IMG/VR virus record: IMGVR_UViG_2706795722_000001
Coordinates: 12,965-76,964 of that record
Length of the DNA: 64,000 bases
Direction: 5' to 3' (one strand)
Source: a virus
Lineage: Duplodnaviria > Caudoviricetes
In this document: piece by piece, positions 19,609-27,550 of the stretch
How positions within the stretch are numbered: the stretch's first letter is position 1
Layout of the letters: every line of letters starts with the position of its first letter
Notes under the pieces: generated by a model
Told to the model about the DNA's origin: nothing
Seen by the model: the letters and a program-made list of their open reading frames with translations, nothing else
The model's database searches: none
Made by a program: the position numbers and the translations under genes

Positions 19609-19935
19609 ATGCCTATCGCCTATCACCGCAATAACTATGATCCGAGTGTGCTTCAGGCTACTACGGATCATGTGATCGCCCACATCTCGTCTGTGGCGAG
19701 TCCGACCGACAGCCCCGACGAGTTCGCCGACTTCGTGCAGATCAAGTACTCGCAGAACGAGGACGGATCGACTCGCGTGTACGGCGAGCTAAACCAGGAG
19801 CCCTGCTGCGACTACTCTCTGCCTGACGATTACGTCAAGCCTCCCGAGAGTCAGTATCAGCAGGGCTTCGGTGAGCGCAATATGACACCAGAGGAGCTCC
19901 AGGAGCACCTCATCGAGAAGGCGAGTCGCAAATGA
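19609..19935 (+). CDS. Hypothetical acidic protein (108 aa)
   Basis: Tiles between holin and amidase with ATGA overlap. GC3-biased codons. Confidence 0.7.
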   Translation: MPIAYHRNNYDPSVLQATTDHVIAHISSVASPTDSPDEFADFVQIKYSQNEDGSTRVYGELNQEPCCDYSLPDDYVKPPESQYQQGFGERNMTPEELQEHLIEKASRK

Positions 19936-20561
19936 GTGTCAAGATCATCGGAGACATCGCCGCTGAGTTCAACCGCCTCGGAGGCCGCTCGGTCTTCACT
20001 CGAGGATGGGAGTCGCGAGGAAATGGACAGACCTCCAATTACGGCGGACTCCTCCTCCATCACACCGCAGGCTCCCGCAACGTCAATATTGATCAGATTC
20101 TCATCTCTGGGAGATGGGACCTTGCAGGGCCCTTGTGCAACTTCTGCATCATGTACGACGGCGACTTGGGCGTCATTGCTGCACACCCTGCGAACCACGC
20201 TGGAGCCAGTGGTGGATGGGATACAGCGCCTTTTCCGCGAACTGGCCTCTTCAACCGAGAGATCATCGGCTGCGAAATCCAGTATCCCGGAGTGGAGCCG
20301 ATGGCTCAGGTTCAGTACGAGTCCGCAAAGCGTCTTGCCACCGCAACCCTCAATGTACTTGGCAAGGCTGGACAATACCAGTGGGTCAAGTTCCATCAGG
20401 GCACCTCCATAGAAGGCAAGTGGGACCCTGGCTACGCTGAGGGTAAGACGTACAACATCTCGTCCTTCCGCAACGATGCGAAGGGCACCGTCCAGGGCGA
20501 GGATATGAACAGTCTCGACTGGAAAGACAACCTTCGTCAGCTAGTGGGGTACCCCGAATGA
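19932..20561 (+). CDS. lysA: Lysin A, N-acetylmuramoyl-L-alanine amidase domain (209 aa)
   Basis: HHTAG...ANHAG...IGCEI...KFH...KWDPG Zn-amidase (Amidase_2-like) motifs. Confidence 0.85.
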   Translation: MSVKIIGDIAAEFNRLGGRSVFTRGWESRGNGQTSNYGGLLLHHTAGSRNVNIDQILISGRWDLAGPLCNFCIMYDGDLGVIAAHPANHAGASGGWDTAPFPRTGLFNREIIGCEIQYPGVEPMAQVQYESAKRLATATLNVLGKAGQYQWVKFHQGTSIEGKWDPGYAEGKTYNISSFRNDAKGTVQGEDMNSLDWKDNLRQLVGYPE

Positions 20562-20704
20562 GCGGCTGGATTGCGCCTCGAACGGGCGGTTACCGCCCAG
20601 GCTTTGGCTTTCGAGCCCCTCCGGAGCCCTTGCCTGCTAGAACAAAGCCAGTACCTCCTCCGCCAAAAGGTGGCGGTGGCGTCGCAGTAAGGAAGTCTCA
20701 ATGA
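20558..20704 (+). CDS. Small Pro/Gly-rich basic protein (48 aa, not in ORF track)
   Basis: MSGWIAPRTGGYRPGFGFRAPPEPLPARTKPVPPPPKGGGGVAVRKSQ*. ATGA overlaps at both ends. Confidence 0.55.
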   Translation: MSGWIAPRTGGYRPGFGFRAPPEPLPARTKPVPPPPKGGGGVAVRKSQ

Positions 20705-21564
20705 GCAAGCGCTTCTTCATCTTTGATGCTCGAGGCATTACTGAGTCGTACGAGCCTGTCGGCAACTTCGTACCGATGCTCACCCGAGTGGTTCGACTGG
20801 TCAAGAAGGTCCACCCCGATGTCATCGTGGAGCATATCCAATACCGGGCCTCGATCAGCGCGATCAACGCTGATCGAGACCCGTTCGCTCCTTCCGGCGA
20901 CAACGGGGCCAACGACATCGTCAAGTGGCTACGCGCTCGCATCGCGAAGCTCGGACCTGAGGACTACTACATCGTCGTGGGCTACAGCGGCGGCGCGGTG
21001 GGAACGACTCGTCACCTCAAGCTGTTCGGTGGCGATCACCGGTGCCTCATGTACGGCAACATCGCGAGCCCTTCGCGCTCGTCGGCGACGACCTACGGCC
21101 TCGGAAACGGTTTCGACTGGAATCCGATCACTCGGTTCAACGAGCCGCGCTCGGGCATCTACTCCACCCAGGGCACGCGCACCACGGTTCACAACCTCGG
21201 CACTGCGATTCCGCTTGTGGAGATCGCCAACCCCGCTGACGTGATGACCTCGTGCCCGCAGGTGTCGCCGCTGCACGTCTTCGCCGGTCCCGTGATGGCG
21301 TTCGACCTCAAGAACCCGCTGGAGCTCATCGGACAGCTACAGGCTCGAGGTATCGACGACATCGCGCGGAACATGCTCACTCCGACGAACTGGCTCTGCC
21401 CCGGCTGGACCAGTTGGCCTTCGGACCTGATCGCCTACTCGAGGCACACTCACACGACCGACTACTTTGACCTGAAGCTGTTCCGCGACAGTGCGAACAA
21501 GGCGATCTCGGGTGTGGAGTTGCTCGCTCGACAGATCAACTGGCGAATCTCGCGTGTCCGATGA
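20701..21564 (+). CDS. lysB: Lysin B-like cutinase / alpha-beta hydrolase (287 aa)
   Basis: IVVGYSGG nucleophile elbow, downstream Asp (PADV) and His (HTHTTDY). Lies in the lysis cassette. Confidence 0.7.
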   Translation: MSKRFFIFDARGITESYEPVGNFVPMLTRVVRLVKKVHPDVIVEHIQYRASISAINADRDPFAPSGDNGANDIVKWLRARIAKLGPEDYYIVVGYSGGAVGTTRHLKLFGGDHRCLMYGNIASPSRSSATTYGLGNGFDWNPITRFNEPRSGIYSTQGTRTTVHNLGTAIPLVEIANPADVMTSCPQVSPLHVFAGPVMAFDLKNPLELIGQLQARGIDDIARNMLTPTNWLCPGWTSWPSDLIAYSRHTHTTDYFDLKLFRDSANKAISGVELLARQINWRISRVR

Positions 21565-21646
21565 GGCTGATCGTATCTGGCTAGATGTGTGTGCGGCAGC
21601 GGACTTCCCTCCGCTGCCGCCCCTTCCTGAGATTAAGGAATCAAAG

Positions 21647-22492
21647 ATGCCCACACGGTATCATCCCCTCAAGAAGGGGTACGTCATCACCAGTCCGTTC
21701 GGCTGGCGCGCCTTCGACAACGCGGTGCACACCGGAATCGACTTCGGGAGTAGCACAGGATCGCCCGCCAACTGGCCGGTCTACGCAATCCAGGGCGGTA
21801 CAGTGCTACACTTCGGCGCTGCGTCCGGTTACGGTGGCCCCGATCCTGCAGGCTGGATCGTGATCGACTCGAGCGACGCGGAAGGGTCGGGCGTTTTCGA
21901 GTATGGTCACATCATTCGTGAGCCTTGGGTCAAGGAGAACGCCAAGGTGAAGGCTGGCGACAAGATCGGATACATCAATCCAAACAGGAACACGAACGCT
22001 GGAGTCGATCCCCACCTGCATGTGTCGTACATGCCGTACGAGTACAACCCCAAGAAGAAGAAGGACTTCGCGCCGCTACTCTCGGGCGCGCGCTTCGCTG
22101 GCGAACCCTTGCCAGTGGAACAACCGAGCACAGGAGGAACGAAAATGAGTGATGGCAGCGAGGTTCGCGTGCAGTTGCGCGGTCCCGGTGACAACGGCTG
22201 GACCCAGCTCGCTCCGCAGCCCGACGATCAGGGCAACAGGTTCAGCATCTTCAAGGGTCGAAACGTGACCGCCCAGACGGTTGTGGAGGCTCTGGCGACC
22301 ATCGTCTTCGAGCTCACCTTCCGCCTGCCGCGCGCGGGTCGTGGTTACCTCGACTTCAAAAAGCGCAAGGGCGATACAGTTCTCGGCCATTCGGCAAGTG
22401 CTGCGGCAATCGCCGCTGAGAACCAGGAGATCCTTCGGCGGATCGCCGCAAAGATGGAGGTGGACGTTAGCGACATCGGAGGCACTCAGTGA
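21647..22492 (+). CDS. lysA: Lysin A, M23 peptidase with C-terminal cell-wall-binding-type domain
   Basis: HTGIDF...YGH...HLH M23 motifs. C-terminal QLRGPGDNGWTQL motif seen in actinophage lysins. Start chosen at the ATG after AAGGAA; GTG at 21554 is an alternative. Confidence 0.85.
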   Translation: MPTRYHPLKKGYVITSPFGWRAFDNAVHTGIDFGSSTGSPANWPVYAIQGGTVLHFGAASGYGGPDPAGWIVIDSSDAEGSGVFEYGHIIREPWVKENAKVKAGDKIGYINPNRNTNAGVDPHLHVSYMPYEYNPKKKKDFAPLLSGARFAGEPLPVEQPSTGGTKMSDGSEVRVQLRGPGDNGWTQLAPQPDDQGNRFSIFKGRNVTAQTVVEALATIVFELTFRLPRAGRGYLDFKKRKGDTVLGHSASAAAIAAENQEILRRIAAKMEVDVSDIGGTQ

Positions 22493-22944
22493 GCTTCAAG
22501 GGAGGCCAGGGAGGGCCATTTCAGAAACAGCCCGAGGCCGAGAATAAGCCCGAAAGCATCAAGGGCTATCTCGCGCTGACGGCTTATGCTCTGTCGGCGT
22601 TTCCGATCTACTACGGCGTTCTCACTCTGGTCTTCGGTGAGCGTCTGTGGAAGCCGGAACGCAGCGCCTTCGGAATCCCTCTTGCTCCACAGTCCGTGGG
22701 AGTCGTTATGATTCTCGCAGGACTCGCTACGGTCATCGTGTCGAGTCGACGACTCAAGTGGGGCCGCTACGTGTCGTGGTGTATGAAGACCATGACGCTC
22801 ATGTGGGGAATCTTCTCTGTGACCTTCATCATCGACGCTATTCAGGGCGACTCGCCGGAGGTGTACGTCCCCATTGGGGCGTACATTCTGCTGTCAGTCC
22901 TCTGCGCGGCGCGCGCAATCTTGGAGGACCAATGGCGAACGTGA
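22489..22944 (+). CDS. Four-TM membrane protein (holin-like accessory)
   Basis: Four hydrophobic segments. GTGA overlap with the lysin stop. Confidence 0.7.
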   Translation: MSFKGGQGGPFQKQPEAENKPESIKGYLALTAYALSAFPIYYGVLTLVFGERLWKPERSAFGIPLAPQSVGVVMILAGLATVIVSSRRLKWGRYVSWCMKTMTLMWGIFSVTFIIDAIQGDSPEVYVPIGAYILLSVLCAARAILEDQWRT

Positions 22945-23435
22945 TTGAGAAGATCAAACTCGGGTTCCAGCACACCCGCAAGGTGTACTCGGGCTCGTAT
23001 CCGCTCTACCGGATGATCTGCTTCTTTGGAGTGGTTTCCGGAGTTCTGTCGTTCGGCCTGAACTCTTGGCCCGCGTCGTTCGTGGACGCGACCAGGGATG
23101 GGGCGATCTATCAGAACATCTTCGGTGGTATGCAACTCGTAGGTTGCCTTCTCGTCCTGGTGGGAATGTACTTCCACAAGGAGGATGAGCCGAGTCTTCA
23201 AAAGGTGTCGACGGCGCTGTATCTGGAGCGAACCGGATGCAGTCTGTTGGTGCCAGTGGTGGCTTCCTATACCTGGGGTGTGATCCAGATGAACATGGGG
23301 CCGCCTACGACGTGGGCGACTCTGACGCTTGTAGCGGCAGGTCTCTACTTCGTTATCAGGTTCATCGAGATCGGACGTGTCCTGAAGACAATTCGACAGG
23401 AGACCCCGAAGGCCGAGGAGTTGAAGGGTGAATGA
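22932..23435 (+). CDS. Four-TM membrane protein (holin-like accessory)
   Basis: ATG after GGAGG in the frame of track ORF 22647..23435. Four hydrophobic segments. Confidence 0.7.
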   Translation: MANVIEKIKLGFQHTRKVYSGSYPLYRMICFFGVVSGVLSFGLNSWPASFVDATRDGAIYQNIFGGMQLVGCLLVLVGMYFHKEDEPSLQKVSTALYLERTGCSLLVPVVASYTWGVIQMNMGPPTTWATLTLVAAGLYFVIRFIEIGRVLKTIRQETPKAEELKGE

Positions 23436-23793
23436 CGTTATCACCTTGCTGCTTGGCGGCGGACTTGCTGCGAGCATCATCGAGACAGTCAAGTTCTTTG
23501 CCACCCGCAGGCAGGTAAAACGAAAGGACGAGGCCTCCTCGCTTCGCGAGGAGGCCTCGGCTGACGCAACGGTTGGTGGCGCATGGCGCGAGCTGTGGCA
23601 GACCGGCGATCAGTGGAACAGTAAGCTTAACAGTGCCCTCAAACTTGAGGTCACGAAGAACGAACAGCTAGTCGATTTGGTACAAGAGGCCACAGCTCAG
23701 CTCGACCGGGAAAAGGCTGAGCCAATCCTGGACAAGATGCACGTCATTCGAGCCAGCGTCAGTATTCGGAGTCTGGACGACTCTTCACACTAG
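23428..23793 (+). CDS. Single-TM membrane protein with coiled-coil tail (121 aa)
   Basis: N-terminal VITLLLGGGLAASII, then a charged helical region. Typical last gene of actinophage lysis cassettes. Confidence 0.7.
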   Translation: MNDVITLLLGGGLAASIIETVKFFATRRQVKRKDEASSLREEASADATVGGAWRELWQTGDQWNSKLNSALKLEVTKNEQLVDLVQEATAQLDREKAEPILDKMHVIRASVSIRSLDDSSH

Positions 23794-23807
23794 GTGTCTG
23801 ATCGCTC

Positions 23808-23843
23808 GAAAGCGGACCACGTCGTTTGACGTGGTCCGCTTTC
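23808..23843. terminator. Bidirectional terminator-like perfect 16-bp hairpin at the convergence of the two arms
   Basis: GAAAGCGGACCACGTC-GTTT-GACGTGGTCCGCTTTC, with T-rich flanks on both strands. Confidence 0.8.
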
Positions 23844-23900
23844 TTCTTCTCGGGATACTTTGAACACCGCGGCAGGTGTCCGTACTCGCCCATGCACTCG

Positions 23901-24125
23901 TCACACTCGAACATGGTCCACCACCTTTGCGAGCTTCTTGGCTTCTCGGCGCTCTGAGGAGGTCATCTCTCCGTATGTGAGGTACTGGTGCATACGCACC
24001 AGGAAAAGGTCGCCACACTTTCCGCACTGAAGGAAGGTGCCATCGGGGTATCGAGGGTTACCGTTCGGTTCGTATTCGAGCTCACAACGACAGCGCTCGA
24101 CTCCCAGCTTGAGTACTCGCATCAT
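23901..24125 (-). CDS. Small Zn-ribbon-like protein (74 aa)
   Basis: CRC and CGKC motifs. Follows the nuclease gene. Confidence 0.6.
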   Translation of the reverse strand: MMRVLKLGVERCRCELEYEPNGNPRYPDGTFLQCGKCGDLFLVRMHQYLTYGEMTSSERREAKKLAKVVDHVRV

Positions 24126-24129
24126 TCAC

Positions 24130-25326
24130 CTACTTCATCTTCTTAACGATCTTGGGCTTCGGTTCGGATATGGTTTCCTTCACCGACGAACGAAGCAGGG
24201 ACTTCTGAGACGGCGAAAGGGCCGCACCCTTGAGGAGCTTTTCGACCTCCGCGTTTGTGACCTTGTCCATCTGCGCAAAGATGGCGTCACCCACGATCTC
24301 TCGAACCTTGGCCGGTTCGTAAGACTTGCGTCGGGACGACTTGAACTCGACGCTGTAGTCCTCGGTGTCGTACTCGACTTCGTCCTGGTCCATCGCGTCC
24401 TTGAGCATTTCTTCGACGATCTCGTCGATGGCGTACTTGATTGCCTTCGCTGCGCCGTCCAGTTCGAGGAAGCGCTTAGCCATCTCGTTGCGGTCGCCCT
24501 GAATCGCCATGATGCCGCCAGCATCGACGTTCTTGGTTACCAGAGGACAGGTGGACTTAGCTACACAGAACTGGCACTCCGAGTTTAGGGTGCGCCTGCC
24601 GGGGTCAGGCTCGGCGATGATACGCTCGGCAACTCGCCGAACATACTTCCAGGTCTCGATGTTGTCGTCGCGAGTGAGGCGAACCTCTGCCGTATCGTAA
24701 CGCAGCTGATCGAAGCAGACCCAGATCTCGTCGGGCTTGAGCTCCTCGCCAAGCTCGGCAGCGAGCTCCTTGAATGCAAGCTGAATTGCCATGCCGTACA
24801 GACGAGCCTGCGGCTTCTCGCGCAGCGCAGTAGACGTGAGAACCTGTCGCCAGGTCTTGTAGTCCACGACGCGGATGATAACCTTACCATCTTCCTCGAA
24901 GCGATCGAGGCGGTCGAAGATGAAGGTGTACGGAACATCGCCGATGGAAGTCTTGATGGGAACGCGGACCTTCTTCTCCACCATGAGCACCTCGACGTTC
25001 TCGAGGTTGGTGCGCTCGAACCACCGCTCGAGCATGTCGAGTCCGTCGGCGTACCAGGTGTTCTTGACGTCCGGAACTGTCTGGAACTGCTTCATGAACT
25101 CTTGCTTGAAGTACGCGACGATCCTGGTCCACTCGAGTTCGCAGACCTTATCGACGTACGACTCGGTGACCACCCGCTCGAGCGTATCGTGCACCGCAGA
25201 CCCAAGCTTGGCGGGGTTACTACTGCCGCCAGGTGTGGGCGTGCGCTGCACGTTCTCGAGAAAGAATCGGTGCGTGCAACCCTCGAACGTCTGGAGGGAT
25301 GACGCGGAAATCGTCGTAAGCTTCAT
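24130..25326 (-). CDS. Cas4/AddB-like PD-(D/E)xK exonuclease with Fe-S cysteines (398 aa)
   Basis: N-terminal Cys (GCTHRF), FDRLD...VVDYKT nuclease motif, CQFCVAKSTC cluster motif. Confidence 0.85.
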   Translation of the reverse strand: MKLTTISASSLQTFEGCTHRFFLENVQRTPTPGGSSNPAKLGSAVHDTLERVVTESYVDKVCELEWTRIVAYFKQEFMKQFQTVPDVKNTWYADGLDMLERWFERTNLENVEVLMVEKKVRVPIKTSIGDVPYTFIFDRLDRFEEDGKVIIRVVDYKTWRQVLTSTALREKPQARLYGMAIQLAFKELAAELGEELKPDEIWVCFDQLRYDTAEVRLTRDDNIETWKYVRRVAERIIAEPDPGRRTLNSECQFCVAKSTCPLVTKNVDAGGIMAIQGDRNEMAKRFLELDGAAKAIKYAIDEIVEEMLKDAMDQDEVEYDTEDYSVEFKSSRRKSYEPAKVREIVGDAIFAQMDKVTNAEVEKLLKGAALSPSQKSLLRSSVKETISEPKPKIVKKMK

Positions 25327-25560
25327 TTTTTCTTTGGCCCCCTTGGAGTCGATTTGCCGCCCCAGATTCCATCGGTCGAGCTGGTGCGTTCCCTGTAGTC
25401 AGCACACTGCTTTGCAACAGGACACTGCATACATATCTTCTTTGCTTCATTGGCGCGGTGCGACTGACCCCGGCCAGGAAAGAAAGCGTCTGGGTCGTGA
25501 TACCCTACACAGAGGGCTTTGCGGGTCCACTCTTCGGGCTCGATGTGGAAGGTTGCATGG
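25323..25560 (-). CDS. whiB: WhiB-family Fe-S transcription factor; 5' end unresolved (no ATG/GTG/TTG in frame before the first Cys)
   Basis: Manual translation gives EEWTRKALCVGYHDPDAFFPGRGQSHRANEAKKICMQCPVAKQCADYRERTSSTDGIWGGKSTPRGPKKK*: four Cys plus GIWGG. The stop overlaps the nuclease ATG. Confidence 0.85.
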
Positions 25561-25927
25561 GAGCCGATGGCGCCTGAGGCTTGTTCTCCTTCGCCGCAGG
25601 TGCATTCGTCTCCGACGTCTTGAGTGTTTCGTCCGTCTGCACCTGATCGAACAGCGAGGGCTCGGCAGATGCCTGTGCACCTAAAGGGGCGCGGCCACCG
25701 CGCGCCTCCAGCTCGAAGGCGGTCTGCGGCTCGCCGGTACCGAAGAGCTCGTCGGCGTCAGACTTAGCATCTGCCTCAGCGCGCTGCTCGGAGCTGAACG
25801 CGGTCTGCTGCATGTGCTGCTGGAATGCGGTCTGCTCGGGGGCGATGGGGCGAAAGTCGGTGTAGTTCACCTCGCCTACACTCTTGATCGGATTGAGCTC
25901 GTACGGTCCTGCGGGCTTATTCGCCAT
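25505..25927 (-). CDS. Low-complexity protein with three QTAF repeats (140 aa); possible N-terminal partner of WhiB by frameshift
   Basis: AGGAG RBS, GC3-biased codons, in-frame C CCT TTA at 25688-25682. Confidence 0.75.
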   Translation of the reverse strand: MANKPAGPYELNPIKSVGEVNYTDFRPIAPEQTAFQQHMQQTAFSSEQRAEADAKSDADELFGTGEPQTAFELEARGGRAPLGAQASAEPSLFDQVQTDETLKTSETNAPAAKENKPQAPSAPMQPSTSSPKSGPAKPSV

Positions 25928-25993
25928 CTTTATGCTCCTACGGTTGTGGTTGTGCTACCGTGTGATAGGTTATCACGGTTTGTGTGTTTCGTG

Positions 25994-26128
25994 CTAGTAC
26001 GCGGGCACAGTGGCAAGCAATGCGCTGATGCGGTCAGCGAAGAACCGCTCCACCATATCGGTAGAGCGGTCGGCGGCGCGAGTCCACCAGTGCTTGCGAT
26101 GGCGACCGCCGCCTCGCGTGAGCTTCAT
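25994..26128 (-). CDS. Small basic protein (44 aa, not in track)
   Basis: MKLTRGGGRHRKHWWTRAADRSTDMVERFFADRISALLATVPAY*. Tiles with neighbours. Confidence 0.5.
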   Translation of the reverse strand: MKLTRGGGRHRKHWWTRAADRSTDMVERFFADRISALLATVPAY

Positions 26129-26129
26129 G

Positions 26130-26216
26130 TCACTTCCATCCGGCCGAGATGCCCATGACTGTGATGATGCCCAGGATTATCCAGATAGTAACCTGAATCC
26201 AAAGGGTCCAGCTCAT
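26130..26216 (-). CDS. Single-TM micro-protein (28 aa, not in track)
   Basis: MSWTLWIQVTIWIILGIITVMGISAGWK*. ATGA overlap with the upstream ORF. Confidence 0.5.
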   Translation of the reverse strand: MSWTLWIQVTIWIILGIITVMGISAGWK

Positions 26217-26398
26217 GATATACGTCCCATCTTCTGTAGTCGAGTTACTTCAAACACGCCAGCTTTTCTCCAGTGTATAGAATTGTGAATCCACACTGTC
26301 TTGCAAGTCTTGCACCGATAAACGGTACCGAGAGTTACCCTTCCTTCGTACGAAGGACAGTAGGCACAGTTGCTAACTGAACTCGGCGAAGAGGTCAT
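26213..26398 (-). CDS. Small Zn-ribbon protein (61 aa)
   Basis: CAYC and CKTC motifs. ATG lies inside the 3' end of the methyltransferase gene. Confidence 0.5.
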   Translation of the reverse strand: MTSSPSSVSNCAYCPSYEGRVTLGTVYRCKTCKTVWIHNSIHWRKAGVFEVTRLQKMGRIS

Positions 26399-27095
26399 TG
26401 CTATCCTCCTCGAGCTTCTTTGCGGCCCGCTCGTAGCGAACCTCATCGAGCTCGATCGCTACCGCGTTCCGGTTGCAGTTCTTCGCGGCTCGGACGAGGG
26501 AGCCAGAACCGCCAAAGGGGTCGACAAGAAAGGCTCCCTCGGTTGTGGAATGCTTGATAAGAAGCTCCAGCAGCGCCGGAGGCTTCTCGTGAGGATGGAT
26601 GAGCGCGTCAGGCCGAAGCTGGGGAATGTGAAGAACACCGTTCCGTCGCTTGGCGTTTCGGGGCGCTCGGCCCTTCTTGAGAAAGATGATGAACTCATGT
26701 CCCTGTCCCCACGATTCGAGGTCGCCCATGCCGGGGCCGTCCTTCTCCCACACGAGCACAGCCTTGCGCACGAACCCGTACTGGCTGCAGAACTCGTCCA
26801 GCATGGCGAGCCATTCCTTGAGGACCTGATACGCGGTGAACACGTACAGGTCGCAGTCTTCCTTGGTTGCCGGAAGTAGCGAGCTCATCACGTCCTTGAA
26901 GACCTGAATCGCCACCTCCGGATTCTCGTCGTTCGCGATCTTCGTTGCGTACTTCTTGCCACCCTCGGTAACCGCCATGTTGCTGAGGTTGTCCACGCCG
27001 AAGGGCGGGTCGGTGATGATGCAGTCCACCGAGTTGGGCTTGAACTTCTGGCACAGCTCGATACTGTCGCCGTGCCAGATCTGATGAATCTTCAC
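26373..27095 (-). CDS. Amino-DNA methyltransferase (N6-adenine/N4-cytosine, beta class), apparently orphan (240 aa)
   Basis: Motif IV TDPPF near the N-terminus and motif I LVDPFGGSGS near the C-terminus, plus HPHEKP. No adjacent restriction enzyme recognised. Confidence 0.9.
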   Translation of the reverse strand: MKIHQIWHGDSIELCQKFKPNSVDCIITDPPFGVDNLSNMAVTEGGKKYATKIANDENPEVAIQVFKDVMSSLLPATKEDCDLYVFTAYQVLKEWLAMLDEFCSQYGFVRKAVLVWEKDGPGMGDLESWGQGHEFIIFLKKGRAPRNAKRRNGVLHIPQLRPDALIHPHEKPPALLELLIKHSTTEGAFLVDPFGGSGSLVRAAKNCNRNAVAIELDEVRYERAAKKLEEDSNDLFAEFS

Positions 27096-27117
27096 ATCAC
27101 TCCTTTAAGTTGAGATT

Positions 27118-27282
27118 GAGGGCACACAGTTCGTTAGGCACGCGGTCTGTCGTTTAATGTCAGCAAGTCGCCTCTGCATGACACCCTCAGGTTTGTAGTG
27201 GTCACTCGGGCCAGAATCGGAGAAACGCGCCCAATACCAGCATTAGCGTGCTAGCCCAAGTCGTTACCGCTGGTGCGACCAC
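27118..27282 (-). ncRNA. Candidate structured RNA (two three-way junctions plus loop-loop pseudoknot)
   Basis: Six helices found by hand, with G-U pairs consistent only with the minus strand. No credible ORF in the ~190-nt gap. Confidence 0.5.
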
Positions 27283-27289
27283 AGCCCAG

Positions 27290-27541
27290 CTACTCCGTGA
27301 CCTCGATCTCGTCATCGTCGGAGAACTCGACATCCTCGAGCGTGATCTGGTTGATCTCGCCGCCGATCTCGTCGAGGATCAGGTTGAGGTCGCCCTCGTT
27401 GCTGTCCACGATGTCGGCCACCTCGTTGTAGGCGGTCTCGATCTTGTCGTCGTCGGACACGTTCGAGGGGTCGTCGAAGACGTCGCCGTCGATCTTGATG
27501 GTCTTGGGGTTGTCGATGTGCAGCTTCAGGGTGAGGATCAT
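27290..27541 (-). CDS. Very acidic small protein (83 aa, 26 D/E vs 4 K/R)
   Basis: AGGAG RBS, GC3-biased codons, composition counted by hand. Confidence 0.75.
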   Translation of the reverse strand: MILTLKLHIDNPKTIKIDGDVFDDPSNVSDDDKIETAYNEVADIVDSNEGDLNLILDEIGGEINQITLEDVEFSDDDEIEVTE

Positions 27542-27550
27542 GATGTTCTC

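Noticed and set aside
23759-23914. Small minus-strand ORF MFECDECMGEYGHLPRC... (51 aa)
   Set aside because: It has a Zn-like motif and a plausible RBS, but runs through the bidirectional terminator and overlaps the convergent gene. Too uncertain to list as a feature.
24130-25326. Cas4-like nuclease as evidence of a CRISPR system
   Set aside because: No repeat-spacer array or other cas genes. Stand-alone Cas4/AddB-like nucleases are common in actinophages.
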